Source: a virus. Taken from it: a stretch of DNA of 64,000 nucleotides. The stretch lies in IMG/VR virus record IMGVR_UViG_3300020411_001722, positions 1 through 64,000 of that record; one strand, written 5' to 3'. Below are positions 44,501 to 53,921 of the stretch, one piece after another (position 1 is the stretch's first letter; each line of letters begins with the position of its first letter). The notes beneath the pieces were generated by a model. That model saw only the letters and a program-made list of their open reading frames with translations. It searched no databases and had not been told where the DNA came from. The position numbers and the translations under genes are program-made.

Positions 44501-45145
44501 ATCTGTAGTTGCAAAGGTGAAGCAAGTTATCTTGTGGTGGGAATAGTTAGGAGCGATAGTTGCAATATCGTCACCACGATAATAAACGCCATTATTATCT
44601 CCATCAAAAAATGACATCTGCCAGAAGTAGGCAGCACCAGTTAATTTAAATATACCTGACGCTAATGGTTCATTGGCAGCAGTAATACCTAAACTACCAG
44701 AAGTAGTAGGATATGGTACATACTTAGGAACAATCTTTGTACGTCTTAAGTCTGATCCAACAACAGAACAACCTCTAGGTACAATAACTCCACCTTCAGC
44801 AGAATTAAACTTATAAAGTATATTTGATGAAGATGTGATATCGAAGTTTGTATTAGCATCAAAAGGTTGAATCTGATTATAATCAGTTACACCTGGACGA
44901 TTATCAATTACATATTCAGATGGATAGAGATAGATTGAAAATGCATCAAATTCATCATTACTTAATCCAACTCTATATGAAAATCGTGCTACTTCTAGGA
45001 AAGCACGTTGCAACGTCTTAAACGGACGTAACGCAGAGTTACCTCTATTATCGTATGCATCCGATGCATCAAAGTCGTCGGGGTTAACGTATATAATACG
45101 ACCAGTCCTCGACGTTATGATATTTTTAAGACGTGTGAGTGCCAT
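41573..45145 (-). CDS. Long tail fibre protein
   Basis: MALTRLKN..GRIIYVNP.D.DA.D...GNS..RPFKTLQRA cyanophage fibre N-terminus; KATGFKSMVVAQFTG; AATAAATA late promoter at 45165-45172. Confidence 0.8.
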   Translation of the reverse strand: MALTRLKNIITSRTGRIIYVNPDDFDASDAYDNRGNSALRPFKTLQRAFLEVARFSYRVGLSNDEFDAFSIYLYPSEYVIDNRPGVTDYNQIQPFDANTNFDITSSSNILYKFNSAEGGVIVPRGCSVVGSDLRRTKIVPKYVPYPTTSGSLGITAANEPLASGIFKLTGAAYFWQMSFFDGDNNGVYYRGDDIATIAPNYSHHKITCFTFATTDDLDLYYQKISKGYATIPDSSGLVAQDQIQARVEENRIVGPISDEFAISQIVRNGQTATAFTVDELGNPKNHGFSVGVAVNISGVTGPTEQDQLLYNGSFLITSAQGNQFTYQMASEPSGNALGSNILVKVEIDTVDSASPYVFNCSLRSVWGICGMHADGAKATGFKSMVVAQFTGISLQKDDRAFVLYNQSTSAYEPQAQGSGSHINGLAKHRKGWRSVHIKASNGAFIQVVSVFAVGFGDHFFADSGGDLSITNSNSNFGNTSLRSKGFRDSAFTKDKAGSVTHIIPPKSLADVAEVPINWVSLDIAKIRSAADSSKLYLYGYTSETAKPPSKVQGYTIGARRDSVSEPDKVYVLLKASGADNPTTHYANINPAGPTVTGQKPGDENSPIKWDPAQNNWYISVDSSANTIYTTLLANSLYQNLAFTPPTFVRRLPDPRNLKDRTYRFRYVLDKDAFPVPREPITGFVLQPRSSETNSPQYSKVYYIFEVETHIPFERGVTDGVYYLTILSASVTPSTDNFNDMAFSQQTSDVYPAFDRDNPAADPAAAVSVADNQIIGLVKTTDGASPTPAENTLLSITREAAQFFLLETENNLGYSTSANTLNNVSVVAGLGDEEERKIALKLNADLSVSPLLTELRRYSILRASGHTFEYLGFGPGNYSTAFPSTQVQVLTQAEVRLSQQLKEEAGVAYYTGVNSDGELFIGNQVINPVTGQITSEDIAQLNVVGEEGEIETFSEIVLTDKLTVIGGAANQLESVFSGPVTFQKKITSQENIQTIKQTFSNDDGTVLKQFFLAEELGTGLPDVQAGTAFNNGDICYNIDWTPGTPLGWIYDQGIWYKFGVSDSEDIKTTRFGGTTHFGLGESADASNRLRVNGNTTITGDLDVTGKYGCVDNYSLATGIANSNNGVMYNGDGSTSSFAITAGHTAYSLLVFLNGVCQVPGVDYTVTGNAVDFSVGTPPATGDKVQIRELVI

Positions 45146-45178
45146 TAATCTGTTCCTTCAGAGGTATTTATTGTGGAG

Positions 45179-47368
45179 TTATTCCTTCGGTAGGTGAATA
45201 ATAGTGTAATCTGATGATGCAGTTTCAAAACCTTGAACTACAACACTAACACCTGTACCTGATGCCCTTGCAATCAAATTCTGACCAGGACCAACGACAA
45301 TTGCAGCATCACGTTGTTGTGTATTTGCAGCAACATCTAAGTCATAATGTAGATAATCTTGATCTTCAATTGCAGTAACGTCAACATGAACACCAGTCGA
45401 AACAGTATCAACATCAAATGTCAAGTTCGCTGCTCCACCAGCACCAAGAACTGAGTCAGCAATAGTAATAGTTTCAGAGTTAACAAACCCCTTACCACCA
45501 TCTACTATAGTTACAGTAGCAGCACCAGAACCATCAACTACAACATTAAATGTTGCATTAGTTCCACTGTTCTGTGCGGAATATGCTACAGAATTATATG
45601 TACCAGCAGTTCTACTACCATCTGCACCACTCTGAGAAGTAATGGTTAAAATCTTACCAGTAACAACCTCTGTCAATACACGATTAGCAGCAATTTTAGT
45701 AGGAGTATCATATAACAAATCACCATTTGCAAATGCTTGAGATCCGTGCTGTAAAGATACCTTCAATAATGCATTAGCAGCGTCATAAGCATGTACATAA
45801 CCATAAGGTCCAGGAGTTATACCACCTGATTGTACTGTTTGAGTACTACCACCAATGGTGAATGTATCAGCAACAGCAAATGGTTGTGCTTGTAAATCAT
45901 AGATAAAGATCTCTTCATATGCAGGTGCCAATACTGTAGAGAATTCAAAACCAGCACCCTCGTCAGCAGCAGGACCACCAGCAGTACCAGCGTCACTATA
46001 TGCATATAAGGTTGTAGGTATGTTATCATCAATAGTTATTTGAGAATAAGAACCCGCTTGACCAGCAGTACCAACTTTCTGAACACCAGTAGTAAATTCT
46101 GTACCAGTTGGGGAGTTTGCACCCTCTTCATTATCACTGGAGAATTTCAATGGGTGACCAGTATTACTTGCATCAACCTGATCAAACTTATAAACACGCT
46201 CATTATTTAAAATGATTGGTTCAACGATCTCATGATCTGTAGCAGCAACACCAGTAGTTGATAATACGAAACTAGGTGTTACTTGAACACTCTCTGACCC
46301 AACTATAAAGTTACAGGTTGCAGTTGCATTACTTGTACCAAAGGTAAGGTTTTCTCCCTCTGTGAAATAGTTCACGAGATAATCACCACCATCTGTAAGT
46401 ACAGTAACAGCAGTACCATTATTATGATCTACATCCGCAGTACCATACATACCACGTGTTACAGTTAAGTCATTACCATTGACATCTGTAACTTCTAGAA
46501 TTTCATTTTCACATATAATAAATGCACCCGTAAGGAATCCCGTTGCATCTGTTATAGTTAAAGTTACATCACCAGCAGCATAAGTTGCACCTTCATTAAT
46601 TGTCGAAGCAGTTGCAGAAACACTATATGCTTTCACAAATTCTCCTTCTTTAATTGCTCTAGCAGTGGTTGCATGTGCACCACGTGTTACAGTCAATGTA
46701 TTAGTAGATGTGTTAATACCACCACTATCAATAGTAATAATTTCAGTGTCAGCAGCACTCTTTAAACCAACAGTCAACTTCATTGCATCTGCAAGACCCG
46801 TGTTACGGGAAACTTTTATTGAAGTTGTACCTGAAGCAACGTCAGCAATCTCAATATGTGCTGTTTCATCTGCAGCAAGATAACCACGATTAGTTGCAGT
46901 TAATCCTGAAGTTGCACCTGTGATGGTTTCTCCACCAACAGGAATACCAACAACACTATCAAGTGTAATATCAGAGATATCTACAAACTTAGTATAGTAT
47001 GTGATGGTATCCGTAGGTTTAAATACATCGAGAATTTTTGCCTGTGCACCATTATTAGTGGTGATCTGTGCACCAGGAATTGCTTCCTGATATGTAAATC
47101 CTGGACTGAGTTTTAGTTTATATCCACTAATAGGATTACCCTTTGTGAACTCATGGGTGGAAGCAACACCACCATTGGAGTTCTCTTGTGGTCCCGATAC
47201 TCGAAGAATTTGATCATAATCTCTTAATGCGAGACGATAATCCAGCACACCTGCTGTGCGGTTGGCAGCAGTAACGAGCACACTTGCTGTGTGATCAATA
47301 TCTGCTGTATAAACCACTGTATTCGTAGTAGCGGCAAGATTTGTTGCTTTAAGTCTTCCTGCTGTCAT
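45179..47368 (-). CDS. Virion structural protein with repeats and one intact copy of the gp7 nested domain (45401-45655)
   Basis: LTVTRG..GT repeats, YKFDQ.DASNTGHPLKFS module, KILTITSQSGADGSRTAGTYNSV...LTFDVDTV. Confidence 0.7.
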   Translation of the reverse strand: MTAGRLKATNLAATTNTVVYTADIDHTASVLVTAANRTAGVLDYRLALRDYDQILRVSGPQENSNGGVASTHEFTKGNPISGYKLKLSPGFTYQEAIPGAQITTNNGAQAKILDVFKPTDTITYYTKFVDISDITLDSVVGIPVGGETITGATSGLTATNRGYLAADETAHIEIADVASGTTSIKVSRNTGLADAMKLTVGLKSAADTEIITIDSGGINTSTNTLTVTRGAHATTARAIKEGEFVKAYSVSATASTINEGATYAAGDVTLTITDATGFLTGAFIICENEILEVTDVNGNDLTVTRGMYGTADVDHNNGTAVTVLTDGGDYLVNYFTEGENLTFGTSNATATCNFIVGSESVQVTPSFVLSTTGVAATDHEIVEPIILNNERVYKFDQVDASNTGHPLKFSSDNEEGANSPTGTEFTTGVQKVGTAGQAGSYSQITIDDNIPTTLYAYSDAGTAGGPAADEGAGFEFSTVLAPAYEEIFIYDLQAQPFAVADTFTIGGSTQTVQSGGITPGPYGYVHAYDAANALLKVSLQHGSQAFANGDLLYDTPTKIAANRVLTEVVTGKILTITSQSGADGSRTAGTYNSVAYSAQNSGTNATFNVVVDGSGAATVTIVDGGKGFVNSETITIADSVLGAGGAANLTFDVDTVSTGVHVDVTAIEDQDYLHYDLDVAANTQQRDAAIVVGPGQNLIARASGTGVSVVVQGFETASSDYTIIHLPKE

Positions 47369-47371
47369 TTG

Positions 47372-48706
47372 TTACCAACCTGCTTGGAAATAAGATTGTA
47401 GTCGTACTGAACCTGCTAATACAGGTGCAGCTAAAGGTCCACCGAAACTAATAGCAACGTCACTTATATTGTTCGTTGATAGTAAAGTTGCGTCTGCATT
47501 TGGAAACTGTATCGTTACCGCATCGGTGATATTACTTGTGTCAATTGATACACGACCATTAACCTCGGCAGGGTTATCAAAACTTGTGTTCTGTAAGATC
47601 TTGTTATTGACTATTTGTGTTGCCTGTTCAGCAACCAAAACGTTTGAGTTACCTCCATTATTTAGAGGATATGCAATACTTCCTTCTGGGAATGTATAGT
47701 CTAAAGTGGAGTTCGTATTTAAGTTTGTAAGATTAATATTAATCTTCTTAGTTACGTCTGCTGTATCCTGTAGAACTGCACCAGCATATGCTTTGTTAGT
47801 TAATGTCTGTGTTGATGCTTCACCAACAACAATAACGTTAAGGTCTGGCCACGTAACTGTTCTATCCTGTGTAATTAAACTTTGATCAAAGATAATTTTC
47901 TCAGTAGGATTATTAGGATCAGTAGATGGAGTTCCAGAGAACGTAGGGTTAACCAAGTTCTTGCTACTAACATTCTGCTCTGTAATATCATCCAATAAAG
48001 TTGATTGAGTCTGAGCAGCACCAAAGTCAGGTAACTTATAAGTATGTGTACCTGGTGCTTCCCATGAGTCAGTTTCAAACTTCGCTACTTTAGATGCGTT
48101 TGATGAACCAATAACCTGAAAGTCTTGGTCTTTAATCAAGATCGTCTTATTACTAATAGTCTGGACAGTATTGTCTGCTAAGAGAGTAGTAGATGTTAAT
48201 GTACCAACATTCGGCATGTCGATACGACGTGTACCTGTCTGCGCAGATACCGTGTCAGCATTAAAGTAGAATTTCTTACCTGGGTTTTGTGCACCTTGAA
48301 CAATAGTATTCTGGTCTGTAAATTGTGAAACACCATTCACAGTGAAAAATCCAGATCCCTGTGGAGTAATCTGGAAATTAGAATTGGATGATGCACTATC
48401 AATGACCCTTGCGGAAACAGTACTTGATCCATCATTGTTCGCTGTTCTATCATAATATACCGAAGCACTACCAAAAGTAAGACCAATCTCATTAACTGAT
48501 GATTGATATATTCCTGTATCTCGGTCAAGGTCAAAAGCTAGACCAGGGGCAGCAGCATCACCTGCTGCTACACCCCTGAACAATTGATTGATTTTTGCTT
48601 TTCTGTTAGGTATTAGAGGATCGGAGATCACGATAGGCATCACTGCCTCGCCTGTTACCAAATCATCTCCAATCGTATCTAACTGCGATATTCTTTTAGT
48701 TGCCAC
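47372..48706 (-). CDS. Virion structural/fibre protein
   Basis: ATKRISQL N-terminus, G..AAPGLAF..D.DTGIY and QTLTNK repeats; TATAAATA at 48733-48740. Confidence 0.7.
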   Translation of the reverse strand: MATKRISQLDTIGDDLVTGEAVMPIVISDPLIPNRKAKINQLFRGVAAGDAAAPGLAFDLDRDTGIYQSSVNEIGLTFGSASVYYDRTANNDGSSTVSARVIDSASSNSNFQITPQGSGFFTVNGVSQFTDQNTIVQGAQNPGKKFYFNADTVSAQTGTRRIDMPNVGTLTSTTLLADNTVQTISNKTILIKDQDFQVIGSSNASKVAKFETDSWEAPGTHTYKLPDFGAAQTQSTLLDDITEQNVSSKNLVNPTFSGTPSTDPNNPTEKIIFDQSLITQDRTVTWPDLNVIVVGEASTQTLTNKAYAGAVLQDTADVTKKININLTNLNTNSTLDYTFPEGSIAYPLNNGGNSNVLVAEQATQIVNNKILQNTSFDNPAEVNGRVSIDTSNITDAVTIQFPNADATLLSTNNISDVAISFGGPLAAPVLAGSVRLQSYFQAGW

Positions 48707-48732
48707 AGGGTACAGATATTATTCTACTGATT

Positions 48733-48740
48733 TATTTATA
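48733..48740 (-). promoter_or_regulatory. T4 late promoter TATAAATA
   Basis: Perfect consensus overlapping the HNH stop codon. Confidence 0.8.
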
Positions 48741-49263
48741 CACGACTTTTCTTAAGATCGTTTGCTTTACGCATCCACTGATTAGTTGTGTAATCCTTCT
48801 CAGTAAGATTGTCTCCGTAGTTGTTCAATTTGTTGTCATCTGCGTGATCAACTACAGGTGTCTCTGGCCAACGACCATTGTGTAGTGCAAATGCGACTGT
48901 GTGGAATTGAATGTTACGCTGTACAATTTTACCCGAAAAAGTTTTTCCAGTTACCTGTACTGTACGATAGGTTTTCGCACCGTTCCAACCACCCTTAACT
49001 AGGTCACCGTTCTTCTTGTAGATGTTACCACGGCACTCAGCAGGTTTTCCCCACTTAGCAACGTATGAAGGTGGACCAATTTGCTCTACAGTTGCACGAA
49101 GGTCATAGCGTGATTGTAGATCTCTTACATCTAATTCTCTGTACTTGTTGATCTTCTTGAATACTCCTGCATCCTCAAGGAGTGCTCTGATGTCATAACC
49201 CGCTTCCTTTAATGCTTTTGCGGACTCTACGAGAGTATTGATTTGTGAAGTCATGTCGTTCAT
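48736..49263 (-). mobile_element. Free-standing HNH homing endonuclease
   Basis: FHTVAF...P..VVDHADDNKLNNY.DNL (HNH_3 motif); start set at ATG 49263, downstream of its promoter. Confidence 0.8.
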
Positions 49264-49278
49264 TGATTTGATACCTAT

Positions 49279-49336
49279 AGTATAACCCAAAAGTTAAGAC
49301 TATGCAACTCAAGTGGACGGTTCTTCATCTGTCCTC
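49279..49336 (-). promoter_or_regulatory. Promoter TTGCAT-17-TATACT with degenerate 9-6-9 palindrome (copy 6)
   Basis: -10 at 49279-49284, -35 at 49302-49307; GTGGACGGT-tcttca-TCTGTCCTC at 49313-49336, 28 nt from the -10. Confidence 0.65.
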
Positions 49337-49452
49337 TTCATATTATCAATAACTGTCTGATAATCCTCCGCACTATCAAGGATTGCCTTCTTAAGATCTT
49401 CTAAAGACCAAGGTTCATTCTCCTTTCCTTCTGAGGGGGTCGTTGTGCTCAT
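49309..49452 (-). CDS. Small hypothetical protein, 47 aa
   Basis: Manual translation MSTTTPSEGKENEPWSLEDLKKAILDSAEDYQ... Confidence 0.5.
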   Translation of the reverse strand: MSTTTPSEGKENEPWSLEDLKKAILDSAEDYQTVIDNMKRTDEEPST

Positions 49453-49615
49453 GCATTACCTTGTCAATTTTCCTTTCTATATCTATGAGACATGCTTCCA
49501 TATTCTCAGCATTACCTGTATAGAACTCCTGCTCATAAGCAATTAGAGTCCAATGGAAGTCATCATGATATGAAATCTTGATATCAAGAGTTAAGTTCTG
49601 CTTCAAGTTCTCCAA
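49415..49615 (-). CDS. Hypothetical protein
   Basis: ORF track. Confidence 0.55.
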   Translation of the reverse strand: MENLKQNLTLDIKISYHDDFHWTLIAYEQEFYTGNAENMEACLIDIERKIDKVMHEHNDPLRRKGE

Positions 49616-49868
49616 GGGTTTCTCTCACATAATTTTGGGTTCCGACTGGATCAATAAATTCTTCTGGATTGGTAGGTAAGTCGGGTACCTCTCCTATAGG
49701 TGGATTAACTTCCCGACTAGGAAGTGGCACCATCATTACTCTGGATCCATCTTCTCTAATGATCTTGATGGATGTTCCTCTTGTTACGAGGTTTAGGCAG
49801 AATCCAAGATTTTCTACAATTTCAGTTTCACTGACTTCTACTACATTATTCATTTGTATACAAAGCAA
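49584..49868 (-). CDS. Hypothetical protein (weak Phd/YefM-like pattern)
   Basis: ORF track; V...E..ENL...L.LV.RG..I.I......VMVP pattern. Confidence 0.55.
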   Translation of the reverse strand: MLCIQMNNVVEVSETEIVENLGFCLNLVTRGTSIKIIREDGSRVMMVPLPSREVNPPIGEVPDLPTNPEEFIDPVGTQNYVRETLGELEAELNS

Positions 49869-50047
49869 ATATCTTCACTGGGTAAACTCTCCACAATGTT
49901 AGTAATTGTTTCTTGAAATCCGTCAGCACCCTCCTCGTCAAACTTCCATTGAATTTGTTCCTCAACACCATCACTAGCGAGTAGTGTCAGTGTTCTTCGA
50001 GGAATATTAATCCAAACGTGCTCTAGAGTAGACTCACTATCGGGCAT
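49850..50047 (-). CDS. Hypothetical protein
   Basis: ORF track; promoter directly upstream. Confidence 0.65.
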   Translation of the reverse strand: MPDSESTLEHVWINIPRRTLTLLASDGVEEQIQWKFDEEGADGFQETITNIVESLPSEDICFVYK

Positions 50048-50070
50048 AGATCAATCTCTGTTGTGGATTC

Positions 50071-50099
50071 AGTATACACTAATTCAGGAGTAATGGCAA
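50071..50099 (-). promoter_or_regulatory. Sigma70-type promoter TTGCCA-17-TATACT in the gp5 3' end
   Basis: -35 at 50094-50099, -10 at 50071-50076. Confidence 0.65.
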
Positions 50100-52853
50100 C
50101 CCATACACCTGATTTGGACCTACAGCACACCCAAATGCAGCAAATCCAGTGTTGACTCCATAGGAGCAAAGTCCAGTGGTAGTCTGGTTTATGATGGCAC
50201 CACTGCCACATGTTACAATTTCACCGATACCACCAGTAGGGGTGGATACAAACGTGAAGTGAACGCCTGGTTGACCACCAGTCATAATGTCTGCAAACGC
50301 AGTAGGAACCACATTTGCTATGGACATACGAATCTGAGCAGCAGGTACAGAACCAATTCCAGGTTGGTCAGTTGTTACATCAACAATAGCACCCTTAACA
50401 ATATTATATTGTCCAGATAGAGTACTCATTGCATCAAACAATGCAACAAACTCAAAACGACCACAGTTTAAGAATGAAGTAATCCACTGTGCTTCATTAA
50501 CTATCTCACCATCTGCACTATTAGTAATGTTATTACCTTCTATCTTAATCTGGTTACCATTCAACTTAAGGTTAGTAATGGCAGCAATATGAACTTGGTT
50601 ACCTTGTATCCTAACGTCACCAGAATATGCTATATCATGGTCACCAGACTTACGATCACCAGAACGCTGTTCAGTATCATCTGTAGTTGCAGTTTGTAGG
50701 GTTGAATATTTCATAGGTGGACTTACCCTACCAGAACCCTCTGGAATCATAGGTTTAAGATTTGAATAAAACTCCTCATCCTCCCTAAGAATCCTTTCTT
50801 CAAGTGTTTCAATACGACGTTGATGTGTTGCTAGATCACTGAAACGTATCATTTCAGAAGAACTGCTACTATCACTACTACCACCACTATCACTACTACC
50901 ACCACTGGTTGATGATCCAGAATCACCATCTAATGATGCTGAATCTGTTTTAGATGATCCAGATGCCTCTGCCTGTGGTCCATTACCTTGACTATTATTA
51001 ATTGCACCCTCAACTTCTATATGCCAGTTACCATGAACCTTAAGATGATAATCACCCTCAACTGTATGAATTAAATTCTTTTTAACGTTTACAGCATAGT
51101 CACGTGAGATAATCTTTGTTTGGTTATTAGGTACGTTGGTATGAATATTACCTTGGTTATCTTGGAAGTTGGATACACCACCTGGTCCTTGTTCAGCAAA
51201 GAACTCTTTACCCTTAGTAGCATTGTGTATGATACGACTACCATCAAGGAATGACTGTACTTGCGTTACACGTGTATTGATACCCATGAATAGACTATCA
51301 ATATAACCAGAAGCACTAGATATACCACCTTGATTAGTACCACTACCACCTGTAGATTCAGACCATGACTTAAGACTGGTTGGAACTGCTCCACCAGTAA
51401 TAAACTCGGTTACATTTTCGCAATCAGTGGATCCTATTAGTGGGAACCACTGTTTAGTCTTCGGTTTCTTTATTTTCCTCCCACAATCCTTCTTGAATAA
51501 TGCTCCAAGGATTGCCATGATGATACCAAGAAGACTTCCCCAATCAAGATTAGAGAAATCAACCTTGAATAACTTATCAAGTTGACCTGCTATCTTACCA
51601 ATATTTTCAACTGCATTTTTAACTGCTGATATACCAGCAACAACAGTAGCAGCAACATCACGAACCTTACTTATTGCACTACTGATCTCACCTAAGATTT
51701 TATCTGTTACACCCTGTACCTTAGAAGCAATTGTAGATACAACACTGGTTATCTTTTGAGACACCATACCTACAATTTGATCTGCAAATGCCGTAACATT
51801 AGTTAATGCACCTGATACCAGACTCAACCATGCAGGGTGTGGCATACAGAACATATCCAATATCATCCCTATAAGACTCAAAATTGCAGTGATAACACTA
51901 ATAGGAATAAATTTTGATATTGCTTTGACTACTGCATTTACAATCTTGACCATTACTTGTGCCAAGAATTCCTTTAATGGTGCAAGAATAGCAGATATTG
52001 CTGAAGAAATATAATTAGCAATATTACCTAGATGTTCTAAGATCTTATCACCATTTACCCTGTGACCAGTAATCATAGAGATAAACTGACCATCACTTGC
52101 AGTTGCAAGACTTGCTGTCATATTACCCATCTCGGTCAACATACGAGTTAGACCTTTCTCAAATCCTCCTCCACCTGGACCTTCTGCACCATTAGCAACC
52201 TCTTGTGATTCTGTAGGTGGTTTAATTGGGTTAGTTACAGAGTTACCTGGAGTTGTAATCTCAGCAGTGCTTAAACCTGCACCCCTAGATTCCTCTTGTC
52301 CACCTTGAGGTGTTGCTGATACCTGTGATTGATCTTTAACGAAAGGACCACCACCGAAATTCTTTTCTCCTGTTAATGTCTCTTGCTGTGGAGTATTGGT
52401 TTGATGTTTATCAGCATTACTAATATCAGCAATGGTAGTTGCCTTTGTTGTCTCCGTTGCACCCTTCTCTTTACCACTTGCAGACTTCTGATCATCTGCT
52501 TGACGGAATCCACGGAATGAACCCATAACTACGGGTAATTGTGCTTCTTCCCCGTCTAAGAAGAATCCTAAAACAAATGCACCAGGTTGTAGTTCTGTTG
52601 TTGTACCAGCGTTCTTCGTTTGTGGTTTATCAGTTGGGAGAAGAACAGTTGCCCAAGGTAAATTCTCTGTAGGTAATGTCTTAGTATATGAATCTGCACC
52701 ATTATTTGAATTGGCACCAGTGTACCAACCAATGATACGAACCTTGACCCTACCTAGGTCAGAAGGATCATCTATATTTTCAACCTCGCCTACCCACCAC
52801 GTGAATCCATCACGTCCAGCGAAGTCAGTTTTATAACCTTGAAATCCTTCCAT
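50079..52853 (-). CDS. gp5: Baseplate central spike gp5 (OB fold plus beta-helix, no lysozyme)
   Basis: GRDGFTWWVGEVE..DDP..LGRVKVRIIG..LPWA..GFFLDG...Q.PVVMG gp5 OB fold; V.GDYHL.V.GN beta-helix repeats; AATAAATA at 52875-52882. Confidence 0.92.
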   Translation of the reverse strand: MEGFQGYKTDFAGRDGFTWWVGEVENIDDPSDLGRVKVRIIGWYTGANSNNGADSYTKTLPTENLPWATVLLPTDKPQTKNAGTTTELQPGAFVLGFFLDGEEAQLPVVMGSFRGFRQADDQKSASGKEKGATETTKATTIADISNADKHQTNTPQQETLTGEKNFGGGPFVKDQSQVSATPQGGQEESRGAGLSTAEITTPGNSVTNPIKPPTESQEVANGAEGPGGGGFEKGLTRMLTEMGNMTASLATASDGQFISMITGHRVNGDKILEHLGNIANYISSAISAILAPLKEFLAQVMVKIVNAVVKAISKFIPISVITAILSLIGMILDMFCMPHPAWLSLVSGALTNVTAFADQIVGMVSQKITSVVSTIASKVQGVTDKILGEISSAISKVRDVAATVVAGISAVKNAVENIGKIAGQLDKLFKVDFSNLDWGSLLGIIMAILGALFKKDCGRKIKKPKTKQWFPLIGSTDCENVTEFITGGAVPTSLKSWSESTGGSGTNQGGISSASGYIDSLFMGINTRVTQVQSFLDGSRIIHNATKGKEFFAEQGPGGVSNFQDNQGNIHTNVPNNQTKIISRDYAVNVKKNLIHTVEGDYHLKVHGNWHIEVEGAINNSQGNGPQAEASGSSKTDSASLDGDSGSSTSGGSSDSGGSSDSSSSSEMIRFSDLATHQRRIETLEERILREDEEFYSNLKPMIPEGSGRVSPPMKYSTLQTATTDDTEQRSGDRKSGDHDIAYSGDVRIQGNQVHIAAITNLKLNGNQIKIEGNNITNSADGEIVNEAQWITSFLNCGRFEFVALFDAMSTLSGQYNIVKGAIVDVTTDQPGIGSVPAAQIRMSIANVVPTAFADIMTGGQPGVHFTFVSTPTGGIGEIVTCGSGAIINQTTTGLCSYGVNTGFAAFGCAVGPNQVYGLPLLLN

Positions 52854-52866
52854 TAATAATACAACC

Positions 52867-53343
52867 CTACGATTTATTTATTCGAGTGAACATGAACTCA
52901 CCTTCCTCTTCGGATTTACCCCATTTAAATTCTTTAGTTACAAGATCAAGTCCAGTGTCCCTAGACCTATACTCAGTACCATTGAAACGAACATGAGATT
53001 TAACCAGTGAATTATTTAGAATACAATCCTTACTAGGTTCACCCCACCACCATCCATTAAAAAATCCCCAATGCCAATCACATGCTGGTTCACCTGTTAA
53101 TGTATTAAGTGAAGTAGTATGGCAATTACCATCCTCATCATATCTATACGACAAATGAAAGACCCCATATGGATCCTCTTCTCCCTTATATTTGTACCAC
53201 GATTTAAGTTCTACTATACCATCTTCAACTAAAGAATTTCTAATGATGATATGTGGCCAAAGAGAAGGGTTACTCTGTGCCTGTTTCTTGTTCTCGTACT
53301 TCCCCTGAATCATCAGGTGGAACTGGTCGCATTGTGTAATCAT
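52867..53343 (-). CDS. cpeT: CpeT/CpcT-type phycobilin lyase (auxiliary metabolic gene)
   Basis: GKYENKKQAQSNP..WPHI...SWY.Y...PY...C.W...YRSRDTG.D....KWG...F.F pattern. Confidence 0.85.
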   Translation of the reverse strand: MITQCDQFHLMIQGKYENKKQAQSNPSLWPHIIIRNSLVEDGIVELKSWYKYKGEEDPYGVFHLSYRYDEDGNCHTTSLNTLTGEPACDWHWGFFNGWWWGEPSKDCILNNSLVKSHVRFNGTEYRSRDTGLDLVTKEFKWGKSEEEGEFMFTRINKS

Positions 53344-53908
53344 ACCAACCTGTTGCTATTATCTTAGTTTCATTAGGTGCAGGTATTCCCTGATGAAAAT
53401 GTGTCCAATCTGCTGGCCAAAGTATTGTTAAACCTTTAACTGGTTTTATCTTTGCTTCTTGTGTTGGAAAGTATGTATATCCTCCTTCATCTACTGTATT
53501 TAAATAAGTCATCCATGCCATTACTCTCTGAGAAACCTCATATTGACTTGCCATCTTTTCAGTATGCATCTGAAAGAAACCTCCACCAGGTTCATACTTC
53601 TGAACATTAAAAGGTGAAATAAGATCCCAAGAGATCTTACCAAAGAAAGGATATCTATTAATATATTCTACCGTAACTTCCCCTAATTGGTCAAGATAAT
53701 CCTGTACTCTCTTATCCTTTAAATGTACAGGAATAGTCATATCTATGGAATCTTTTACCTTCTTATCAACCCCATGTCCACACGATCCTGGTTCTCTCAG
53801 TAAATAATCGCATGTATTATAAAAGTCCACGAGACCATCGCAGACTTCTTCAGGGATTTTAGCACCCGCAATAAAACTCTTGGGTGCATCTACTTCAATC
53901 AGATCCAT
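53270..53908 (-). CDS. 2OG-Fe(II) oxygenase (prolyl-4-hydroxylase-like)
   Basis: QKYEPGGGF..HTE..R.MAWMTYLN.V.EGG.T.F..WPADWTH.H.G..K.IATGW. Confidence 0.9.
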   Translation of the reverse strand: MDLIEVDAPKSFIAGAKIPEEVCDGLVDFYNTCDYLLREPGSCGHGVDKKVKDSIDMTIPVHLKDKRVQDYLDQLGEVTVEYINRYPFFGKISWDLISPFNVQKYEPGGGFFQMHTEKMASQYEVSQRVMAWMTYLNTVDEGGYTYFPTQEAKIKPVKGLTILWPADWTHFHQGIPAPNETKIIATGWYDYTMRPVPPDDSGEVREQETGTE

Positions 53909-53921
53909 AATAAATTAAAAG

